NCBI GenBank assembly: GCA_026416655.1
Contig: JAOAES010000267.1
Location: 1-31,908, forward strand
DNA: 31,908 bases
DNA from: Fimbriimonadales bacterium
GTDB lineage: Bacteria; Armatimonadota; Fimbriimonadia; Fimbriimonadales; GBS-DC
Direction of reading: 5' to 3'
Shown here piece after piece: positions 1 to 6,734 of this stretch. The notes beneath the pieces are model-generated. The model was not told the DNA's origin and searched no databases. It saw only the letters and a program-made list of their open reading frames with translations. Made by a program: the position numbers and the translations under genes. Numbering within the stretch: the first letter of the stretch is position 1; every line of letters begins with the position of its first letter.

Positions 1-13
1 ATCCGCGCCTTGA

Positions 14-38
14 CTCCCTCCTTGTTCGAAAGGAGGAG
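14..38 (-). promoter_or_regulatory. Shine-Dalgarno-like sequence (AAGGAGGGAG) sequestered in a hairpin, probably for a minus-strand gene starting at or beyond the left window edge
   Basis: Minus strand reads CTCCTCCTT-TCGAAC-AAGGAGGGAG, then tcaaggcgcgg-AT at positions 2-1 (possible truncated ATG). The gene itself is outside the window. Confidence 0.45.
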
Positions 39-110
39 TATCTGACAAGGGTGCACAGGGTGGGTTCGAAACAGACGCGCACCTCCCCGATTTTCCCGCG
101 CTCTTTTCCA

Positions 111-222
111 ACCTCACCTCCCCTTGCCCCCCTCTCCGTGAACGGAGAGGGGGGAGCGCCAGCCCCGCCCACGCACGCCGCTCCCCCTCTCCGTTTACGG
201 AGAGGGGGCTGGGGGGTGAGGT
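111..222. repeat. Inverted pair of REP-like palindromic units (ACCTCACC..CCCCTCTCCGT-nn-ACGGAGAGGGG..AGCG)
   Basis: 111-158 and 178-222 are near reverse complements. Each has an internal palindrome (CCCCTCTCCGT-GA/TT-ACGGAGAGGGG). Intergenic, downstream of the glutaminase gene. Confidence 0.8.
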
Positions 223-289
223 CAGAAAGCCGCGAGTGCCTGCAAAACCGTTGCCCTCTTGCCCCAAACTGAGGCAAAGCGGTGTACTA

Positions 290-1207
290 TTACCCCCTCT
301 CCTCAGGACGCGCCAGCCGCTCAAACTGCAGCGCAAGGTCAGCGATTACAGAGCGCAAATCCGAAAGGAGGGGCAACTGTGCCCGCGCAATCGCCACATC
401 GTCTAAATCGAGCGGAACAACCAGCAACGCTTCCTGATTAACGGGTCCCTGCGCCATCACCTTACCGAACGGATTCACAATCCACGACGCGCCGACGAAT
501 CCCTTGCCGCCCTCGAAACCGACCAGACTCGATTGCACGACATAAATCGTATGTTCGCCCCCTATCTGGGTCAGCATCCGGCGATACGCTTCCACATTCT
601 CGATTTGCTCGGTGTGGAATCCGCGCGCAGGTGAGGCGGTCGGTACGTAGAGTACCTGCGCTCCTTTCAGGGCGACAATCGCGCTGGTGACCGAGTGCCA
701 GACGTCCTCACAGATAAGGATTGCAGCGCGCCCGAAACGGGTGGGGAACACATCGAGCCGTCTGCCACGCGCCACAAATCGCTCCTCCTCGAACACGCCG
801 TAGGTCGGCAGAAAGAACTTCTGATGCACATGCAGAATGCGTGATTGTTCAGGTTCTGGCTCTAAAGTGGCATAGAGCGCGGAGTTGAAATACTCACCTT
901 CCAGATACTCGTAGAAGCCGACGCATACATCCAGCGGACGTTGCGGCTGCAGGTCGGCGTAGAGGCGGGCAAGGTCGCGCAGGAGCTGCGACGCGGGCAT
1001 AGCCAGCTCGCGTACGCCCCCCTCGATAAAGTAGCCCGTGGTCGCCGTCTCAGGCAGCGCCAGCACATCGACGCCTTCCTGAAGTGCCTGGCGCATCAAC
1101 TGCCCTATCCGTTCCAGATTGCGCTCATAGCGCCCTTTAGTGGGCTTGAACTGCCCGACGCCTACTTTGAATTGACGCTGTGTCCCTTCCGTGTGATGGA
1201 TTGGCAT
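290..1207 (-). CDS. Carbon-nitrogen hydrolase (nitrilase family); likely glutaminase subunit for NAD+ synthetase
   Basis: E-K-C triad motifs LPETATTGY, HQKFFLPTYGVFEE and LICEDVWH. Starts 4 nt after the nadE stop. Confidence 0.88.
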   Translation of the reverse strand: MPIHHTEGTQRQFKVGVGQFKPTKGRYERNLERIGQLMRQALQEGVDVLALPETATTGYFIEGGVRELAMPASQLLRDLARLYADLQPQRPLDVCVGFYEYLEGEYFNSALYATLEPEPEQSRILHVHQKFFLPTYGVFEEERFVARGRRLDVFPTRFGRAAILICEDVWHSVTSAIVALKGAQVLYVPTASPARGFHTEQIENVEAYRRMLTQIGGEHTIYVVQSSLVGFEGGKGFVGASWIVNPFGKVMAQGPVNQEALLVVPLDLDDVAIARAQLPLLSDLRSVIADLALQFERLARPEERG

Positions 1208-1211
1208 GGCT

Positions 1212-2078
1212 CTAAAAGTCTACGGGTCGCAAGTAATACTCGCCGATTGCTGTCGTGGAAAGCATCGCCACCGTGGGCAGGTGTCGCTTCCAGTGAGTGC
1301 TATCCACCTTATTTTTCACGAGGCGTACCTCCGCTTCGGGGAAGCCGATCTCGATGAGACGTTCGGGCGAGTAGCCCTGCGTGAGGTAGTGCAGAATGCG
1401 GTCGGCGCGCTGATAAGAGATGCCGAAGTCGCCCTCATCGGTCTGCCCCACAATCAGGTCGGCGGAGGCGGGCTTCTCCACAATCACTTCAGGCACACCC
1501 ACATACCGCGCCAGTTGCCAGACCTGCGTCTTGAAAAGGTCGCCGAGCGGGTTCACCGGTGGCGCATCGTCGGCGTGCCAAGTGAAGTAGCCGAACAGTC
1601 GCTCGCTCTTGTTGCCCGTGCCAATCGGCAGTGCGTTCAACTTCGCCGACTGGTCAAACAGGATAATCGTGCGAAATCGAGCGCAGATGTTGCCAATCCT
1701 CGCCGGACTGGCGTCGGGTTCGTAATACTCCAAATAGGCGTCCACCATCGGCGTAATCTCGATCACGCGGTGATGGATGCCCAGATTGTTGACCACGAGC
1801 ATCCCGTGTTCCAACGACTGGGGGCTACTGATTTTGTAGGGCATCAAGAAGGCGTACACATTTTCAGGACCGAACGCGCGGGCGCATAAATAAGCCACAA
1901 GGGAGGAATCGACGCCGCCCGACAGCCCCAAGAGCGCCTTCGAGAAGCCCCGACGCCGCTGTACCTCGTCTCGCAGGAACTCTACCAGCCACTCGGCGAC
2001 CAGCGGCGCGTTGATTCGGAGCGGCTCGTCCGAGCTCGGGTCGTAAATCGTCGGCTTTAGCACAGGAAAAGTTTGCAT
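1212..2078 (-). CDS. nadE: NAD+ synthetase (synthetase domain only)
   Basis: Motifs GLSGGVDSS, GTGNKSE, NPLGDLFKTQV and KPASADL. Start moved to ATG 2078 (GAGGT RBS, 4 nt after the thiO stop) from the ORF-track 2117. Confidence 0.93.
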   Translation of the reverse strand: MQTFPVLKPTIYDPSSDEPLRINAPLVAEWLVEFLRDEVQRRRGFSKALLGLSGGVDSSLVAYLCARAFGPENVYAFLMPYKISSPQSLEHGMLVVNNLGIHHRVIEITPMVDAYLEYYEPDASPARIGNICARFRTIILFDQSAKLNALPIGTGNKSERLFGYFTWHADDAPPVNPLGDLFKTQVWQLARYVGVPEVIVEKPASADLIVGQTDEGDFGISYQRADRILHYLTQGYSPERLIEIGFPEAEVRLVKNKVDSTHWKRHLPTVAMLSTTAIGEYYLRPVDF

Positions 2079-2082
2079 GGTC

Positions 2083-3186
2083 TTACCTCGTAAATCGGTT
2101 GGGGTCGAACGGTTCAACAGGCAGTTCGGTTTTGCCGTTCAGAATCAGGTCGGCGAGGGCGCGGGCTGTGGCGGGTGCCATCAGGATGCCGTGATAGGCG
2201 TGCCCCGCGGCAAGAAACAGCCCTGCATAGCCACTCACGGCGCCGATGTAGGGGTGATGATCAGGCGTATCGGGACGCAGTCCAGTCATGGGCCCCACCA
2301 CTGTGGAGTGGAGCAGTACAGGTGCGATTCGCGCGAGCGATTGAAGCAGATAGGCGTAGCTTTCAGCGGGGGCGCGTAAATCAAAGCCTGCTTGCTCGCG
2401 CGTTGCCCCCAGCAGCACCGTACCATCTGCACGCGGCACGAGATAACCCAGCGGCGAAGAGAGAATACGCCGCACAGGCACGGGCAGGTCTCCCAGCTTC
2501 AGGATGACACCGCGCACCGGCTCAAGCGGGGCATGAATTCCGAGCGGTTGCAGTAGCGCGCCCGCCCATGCCCCCGCCGCCACAACGACGGCGTCGCCCT
2601 CGATAACCCCATGCGCCGTGCGAACACCGCGAACGCGCCCGTGTGCCACCTCGATACACAACGCGGGAACCCCTGAGTACAGGTTTACAGCTTTAAGTTT
2701 TATTGCCTGATGAAGCGCGCGCATCAAGCGCTCGGTGTTGACCCAGCCCTCACTGGGCAGGTAGATTGCCGCTGTGAGTTCCTTATTCAACGCAGGTTCC
2801 CATTCCAAAGCAACAGCAGGTTCGATTAGCATCGCGCTCGGCTCATAACGACGAATCCAGGCAAGACTATCGGACAGGTAAGCGGCGTCGGTTGGCGTAA
2901 GCGCGATGCGCACGCACCCTCCCTGACGCCATTCCACATCGATTTGAGTGAGCGCTGCCAGCTGTTGCGCCCATTCGGGATACATCTGCAGGCTCCGCAA
3001 GTAGAAAGGCACGGCAGGCGAATCATCAGGAGTCAGGCTAAACGGGTTCACCATGCCTGCTGAAGCGGTAGAGGTATGTCCCCCCTCGGCGTGGCTCTCG
3101 ATCAAAACGACCTCTGCCCCACGCTGGCGCAGCTCCAGCGCAATCGCGCTCCCGATAATCCCTGCCCCAATCACGACCACCCGCAT
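2083..3186 (-). CDS. thiO: Glycine oxidase ThiO (FAD-dependent, DAO family)
   Basis: GAGIIG FAD motif, SAGM, GLRP and GHAYHGILMAP. Immediately downstream of thiS. Confidence 0.85.
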   Translation of the reverse strand: MRVVVIGAGIIGSAIALELRQRGAEVVLIESHAEGGHTSTASAGMVNPFSLTPDDSPAVPFYLRSLQMYPEWAQQLAALTQIDVEWRQGGCVRIALTPTDAAYLSDSLAWIRRYEPSAMLIEPAVALEWEPALNKELTAAIYLPSEGWVNTERLMRALHQAIKLKAVNLYSGVPALCIEVAHGRVRGVRTAHGVIEGDAVVVAAGAWAGALLQPLGIHAPLEPVRGVILKLGDLPVPVRRILSSPLGYLVPRADGTVLLGATREQAGFDLRAPAESYAYLLQSLARIAPVLLHSTVVGPMTGLRPDTPDHHPYIGAVSGYAGLFLAAGHAYHGILMAPATARALADLILNGKTELPVEPFDPNRFTR

Positions 3187-3187
3187 C

Positions 3188-3388
3188 TTAGCCTCCCGCC
3201 GTCATCTGCACAATCTCGAGGTTGTCGCCCTCGTGGAGAATAATCTCGGCGTAGCGTTCACGGGGCAGGATTTCGTAGTTGTATTCCACCACGACGGTAC
3301 GCGGATCCACGCCGCGCTCTTGGAGCAGCTGGAGCAAGGTGGTCGATTCAGGCAATTCGCGCTCTTTGCCGTTGATACGTACCCGCAT
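3188..3388 (-). CDS. thiS: Sulfur carrier protein ThiS
   Basis: 66 aa, MRVRINGK...VVVEYNYEILPRE...GDNLEIVQMTAGG with a C-terminal GG. ATG 3388 lies 9 nt after GGTATAAT. Confidence 0.92.
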   Translation of the reverse strand: MRVRINGKERELPESTTLLQLLQERGVDPRTVVVEYNYEILPRERYAEIILHEGDNLEIVQMTAGG

Positions 3389-3397
3389 GGACAGCGA

Positions 3398-3405
3398 ATT
3401 ATACC
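3398..3405 (-). promoter_or_regulatory. -10 element GG-TATAAT, near-leaderless promoter of the thiS operon
   Basis: GGTATAAT, 9 nt, then ATG. It overlaps the TAA stop of the upstream 80-aa gene. Confidence 0.65.
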
Positions 3406-3641
3406 TGATTCGGGGGTTCATCCGCACGGCGCATAAGAACTTCCAGATTCCAGACAGGAGTCGGGGGACGCCCAGTGGCAATGTGCGCCGCGCGCGCCCA
3501 CTTTTGCATCTCCACGATAATGCGAACCTTCTCTTCGGGAGGCAACTGTGCCAGTTGCTTGCGCCGCGCCTCCTTGAACTCCAACACGCGGCGCACCACC
3601 TCTGGCAACTCTGTTACATCTGGGCTTTGAGGGTGTTCCAT
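3399..3641 (-). CDS. Small hypothetical protein (80 aa), partner of the upstream nucleotidyltransferase-like gene; TA-like
   Basis: Helical, charged KEARRKQLAQLPPEEKVRIIVEMQK segment. Overlaps the 3' end of the NTase-like gene by 28 nt. Start uncertain. Confidence 0.6.
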   Translation of the reverse strand: MEHPQSPDVTELPEVVRRVLEFKEARRKQLAQLPPEEKVRIIVEMQKWARAAHIATGRPPTPVWNLEVLMRRADEPPNQV

Positions 3642-3962
3642 CGCTCGATCAAGCCGTATCGCATGAGGATGTCGATAAGCTTACCTTCATCCAGCGTCGC
3701 CTGCTGCCATAACAGACGCGCTCGCTCGCGATCTTTGTAGCGGTTGGTTTGCAGCGCGATTGCCAGTAGATATTCAGGTCTGACAACGGGCGCAGTCTCC
3801 CCATTGAAAGGCAACTCGAGGGCGTTTTGCACGGCTTCCTCAACGAGGGGATTGTAGGCGACCAGCACTCGCACAGGCGCGTCGCCTATCAGCACCTGTT
3901 CGCCCAATACGGGATAACCCCTGCGCCTGTAGCTCGCGAAACGCCTTTATCGCCGCGTTCAC
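3614..3962 (-). pseudogene. Nucleotidyltransferase-family gene with internal deletion and frameshift
   Basis: GTG 3962 gives MNAAIKAFRELQAQGL. A different frame gives RRGYPVLGEQVLIGDAPVRVLVAYNPLVEEA...PEYLLAIALQTNRYKDRER. From recall of the family, the GG...DxD catalytic segment should lie between these parts and is absent. Confidence 0.65.
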
Positions 3963-3968
3963 GCCCAG

Positions 3969-3976
3969 AGTGTACC
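3969..3976 (-). promoter_or_regulatory. -10 element GG-TACACT, 6 nt before GTG 3962
   Basis: Same motif and spacing as other promoters in the window, supporting the 3962 start. Confidence 0.55.
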
Positions 3977-3985
3977 TGATAAGCG

Positions 3986-4013
3986 AAAAGGGCTGAAGCG
4001 GTCGCCTCAGCCC
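3986..4013 (-). terminator. Terminator-like hairpin
   Basis: Minus strand GGGCTGAGGC-GACC-GCTTCAGCCC then TTTT (10-bp stem with one G-U). No minus-strand gene upstream to terminate, so it may be a REP-like element instead. Confidence 0.45.
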
Positions 4014-4125
4014 CACGCTCTTGCCTCATAAGTAACGGTCGCAACCTCCTTATGAGGGCAGGCTTTGCTCTCCATCCATGCTTTCCTACAGCAACTTTCG
4101 TGCCAAACGGTTCGATTCGAGGCGG

Positions 4126-4133
4126 GGTATCCT
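4126..4133 (+). promoter_or_regulatory. -10 element GG-TATCCT, 7 nt before the rfbB ATG (probable leaderless mRNA)
   Basis: GGTATCCT-atggcat-ATG with no SD. Confidence 0.6.
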
Positions 4134-4140
4134 ATGGCAT

Positions 4141-5154
4141 ATGGGCAAAACGGTGCTGATTACAGGCGGTGCGGGGTTCATCGGTAGCCACTTTACAGAA
4201 TATATCCTGCGCCAGTACCCCGACTACCAAGTGCGCGTGCTGGACGCGCTTACTTACGCTGGCAGACGCGAGAACCTCGCGGCGCTGGAGAACAACCCCC
4301 GATTCAGCTTCATTCAGGGCGATGTGCGAGAGAAGCAAACGGTGCGTCAAGCGATGGAGGGCGTGGACTATGTTGTTCACTTCGCCGCGGAGACGCACGT
4401 GGATCGCTCTATTCTGAACCCTGACGCCTTCATCACCACCGATGTCTACGGAACTTTTGTGATGCTGGAAACAGCGCGGCAGTTGGGCGTGGAGCGCTTC
4501 GTCCATGTCAGCACCGACGAGGTGTACGGTTCGACAGAGACGGGATCGTTCACGGAGCAGTCGCCTCTGCAGCCCAGCAGCCCTTACGCTGCGAGCAAGG
4601 CGGGAGCGGATTTGCTGGCGCAGGCATATCACCGCACTTACGGTATTCCCGTGCTGATTGTGCGCCCCAGCAATACCTTCGGACCGCGCCAGTATCCCGA
4701 AAAGCTCATCCCGTTTTTCACCCTACGCGCCTTGCAAGACGAACCCCTGCCGCTCTACGGCGATGGACAGCAGCGTCGCGACTGGCTCTACGTGGGCGAC
4801 CATGTCCGCGCCATCGACACGGTACTGCATCAGGGGCGCATCGGCGAAGCGTACAATATCGCTGGCGGCAACGAACGCGCTAATATCGAAGTCTCGCGCC
4901 TGATATTAAGCGTCCTGGGGAAACCTGAGAGCCTGATTCAGTTCGTGCAAGACCGACCTGGACACGACCGCCGCTATGCCTTGAACGATTCCAAGCTACG
5001 CGCCCTCGGCTGGAAGCCGGCGGCGGACTTCGAGACGGCGTTGCGCGAGACTGTCTTGTGGTACGCCCAGCATCCTGAATGGTGGCAGCCCATCCTGCAG
5101 GAGCAGGCAGAGTATCGGCGGTTCGTGGAGCAGTGGTACTCCGGGCGAGGCTGA
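4141..5154 (+). CDS. rfbB: dTDP-glucose 4,6-dehydratase
   Basis: Motifs TGGAGFIG, HFAAETHVDRSI, STDEVYG, YAASK and DRPGHDRRY. Start moved to ATG 4141. Confidence 0.92.
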   Translation: MGKTVLITGGAGFIGSHFTEYILRQYPDYQVRVLDALTYAGRRENLAALENNPRFSFIQGDVREKQTVRQAMEGVDYVVHFAAETHVDRSILNPDAFITTDVYGTFVMLETARQLGVERFVHVSTDEVYGSTETGSFTEQSPLQPSSPYAASKAGADLLAQAYHRTYGIPVLIVRPSNTFGPRQYPEKLIPFFTLRALQDEPLPLYGDGQQRRDWLYVGDHVRAIDTVLHQGRIGEAYNIAGGNERANIEVSRLILSVLGKPESLIQFVQDRPGHDRRYALNDSKLRALGWKPAADFETALRETVLWYAQHPEWWQPILQEQAEYRRFVEQWYSGRG

Positions 5155-5163
5155 GTCGGCGTG

Positions 5164-5565
5164 TTATTTCCCTGCTGCACGATAGATAAGCGCGAGGGCT
5201 GCATAATCGTCATAGGGTTCAGGCGGCAGGCGCATACCTTTTGGGAGCAGGCGTCGCCAACCGCGCGGGGGGTGATAGCGAAAATAGAGTTCCCGCGCCT
5301 GCAAGGTCGTATCCCGCTCTTCTACCAGCTCCCACTGAATATCGGGGAACCATTCGCGTAGCCGAGGGAGCAGGCGTTTTGCGCCTGTCCCTGCTCCGAC
5401 CAGAAACCGCTGGGGGGTGTGACGATGAAGGCACTCCTCCAGCGTTTCGCGCAACCGTTCCAGCGACGGAATCGCGCGAAAAAGCAAGCGCCAGTCGTCG
5501 CCGTCGCGTTCGGCGACGGCGACGCCCACTTTGTGACTGCCCGGGTCAATCGCTAAGTAGCGAAT
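5164..5565 (-). CDS. YqgF/RuvX-like RNase H-fold nuclease (pre-16S rRNA processing nuclease-like); proposed ATT start
   Basis: The frame upstream of GTG 5529 continues as (I)RYLAIDPGSHKVGVAV, which carries the first catalytic Asp. Other motifs: VEERDTTLQAR and PPEPYDDYAA. GGAGGA lies 9 nt before ATT 5565. Confidence 0.75.
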   Translation of the reverse strand: MRYLAIDPGSHKVGVAVAERDGDDWRLLFRAIPSLERLRETLEECLHRHTPQRFLVGAGTGAKRLLPRLREWFPDIQWELVEERDTTLQARELYFRYHPPRGWRRLLPKGMRLPPEPYDDYAALALIYRAAGK

Positions 5566-6575
5566 GAGTCGGTTTCCTCCCCAAGTTGGGTAAACATGGC
5601 AGGATCCAGAAACGCGTCGACAACCAACGGGTCAAACTGACGCTCGCGTTCCGCCCGAATAATTTCGAGCGCTTGCTCTGGACGCAGGGCATCACGGTAC
5701 GGGCGATTGCTTGTCATCGCATCGTAAGCGTCCGCGACGGCGACGATACGCCCCCAAAGCGGAATCTGTTCAGCTTGTAGCCCCTGGGGGTAGCCTCGCC
5801 CATCCCACCGCTCGTGGTGCGTCAGAGCAATCTGATGCGCCATCTGCACCACAGGATAGGGACAGTCCTCCAGAATCCGTGCGCCTATCACGGTATGCTG
5901 CCGCATAATCTCCCACTCCATGGCACTCAACGCGCCGGGTTTACGCAAGATAGCGTCAGGGATGCCGATTTTGCCGACATCGTGCAGCGGCGCAGCGTGG
6001 CGCAGGCGAAAAAGCGACTCTTCGTCTAAGCCCAAAATGCGCCCCAACTGCTCACTCAGTCGTCCGACACGCACGATGTGTTCACCTGTGGCGTCATCAC
6101 GGTACTCTGCCGCGCGCGCTAACCGCTCCAGTATTTCCAGACGCGCCAGTTCCAATTCTCGGGCGCGCATCCGGTGCATCCGGCGTATCTCCAGATGGTT
6201 CTGCAGGCGCAGCAGCACTTCGGACAGGTCGAATGGCTTGTTCAGGAAATCGGACGCGCCCGCTGCGAGCGCTTGATGTTTCGCTTCGGGCGATAAATCC
6301 GCGGTCAGTACGATTACGGGAATAATCTCGTCGGGGTAGGTCACGCGCAGTTGCCGAATCACTTCAGCGCTATCCTCGCTGCCCAAATGCCAGTCCACTA
6401 ATAGCAGATCCGGACAACCAGTTTGGATCAGTTTGACAGCGTCTGAGGAGTTGCGCGCTGTCGCTACGCTCACAAACCCCGCTTCTGCGAGCAACGCCTG
6501 CAAAAAGCTCAGCGTGCTCGGTTCATCATCCACCACACATATCAAGGCATCACTATAACGATTCAACTTGAGCAT
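5553..6575 (-). CDS. Response regulator with REC and HD-GYP domains (RpfG-like cyclic dinucleotide phosphodiesterase)
   Basis: REC motifs VVDDE, LVDW, LTAD and NKP. HD-GYP motifs HDVGKIG and HHERWDGRGYPQGL. The alternative start is ATG 6641. Confidence 0.9.
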   Translation of the reverse strand: MLKLNRYSDALICVVDDEPSTLSFLQALLAEAGFVSVATARNSSDAVKLIQTGCPDLLLVDWHLGSEDSAEVIRQLRVTYPDEIIPVIVLTADLSPEAKHQALAAGASDFLNKPFDLSEVLLRLQNHLEIRRMHRMRARELELARLEILERLARAAEYRDDATGEHIVRVGRLSEQLGRILGLDEESLFRLRHAAPLHDVGKIGIPDAILRKPGALSAMEWEIMRQHTVIGARILEDCPYPVVQMAHQIALTHHERWDGRGYPQGLQAEQIPLWGRIVAVADAYDAMTSNRPYRDALRPEQALEIIRAERERQFDPLVVDAFLDPAMFTQLGEETDSFAT

Positions 6576-6655
6576 GCGCTCACCACCAGTATCCTGAACC
6601 CTTTGAGCGTCCTGCTCTGAGTTGCTCCTGCGTTCAGGCATAGTAATAGTACAGT

Positions 6656-6727
6656 ATCATACCCAGAAATCCTGCCATGATGAGAGCATGAAAGGTGAGA
6701 TTCTGACGCTTGCCCTACGGGTATCCT
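6656..6727. promoter_or_regulatory. Divergent -10 elements: GG-TATGAT (minus, 6656-6663) and GG-TATCCT (plus, 6720-6727)
   Basis: The plus element lies 7 nt before ATG 6735, the same geometry as rfbB. Confidence 0.6.
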
Positions 6728-6734
6728 TATGCCT

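Noticed and set aside
24-71. tRNA or tRNA remnant suggested by GTTCGAA (T-loop-like)
   Set aside because: No T-stem pairing, cloverleaf or CCA end.
248-282. Terminator after the glutaminase gene
   Set aside because: Only imperfect alternative stems (TTGCC/GGCAA) and no adjacent U-tract, so too weak to call.
51-441. Plus-strand ORFs 51-272 and 259-441
   Set aside because: They translate palindromic repeats and antisense sequence (Pro/Gly-rich) and have no RBS or promoter.
3889-4029. 46-aa minus-strand ORF (MRQERGAEAT...) behind AAGGAGG
   Set aside because: SD-to-ATG spacing is 15 nt, it overlaps the NTase relic out of frame, and it has no recognisable features.
4141-5154. Polysaccharide or rhamnose biosynthesis cluster
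   Set aside because: rfbB stands alone, with no rfbA/C/D or glycosyltransferases in the window.
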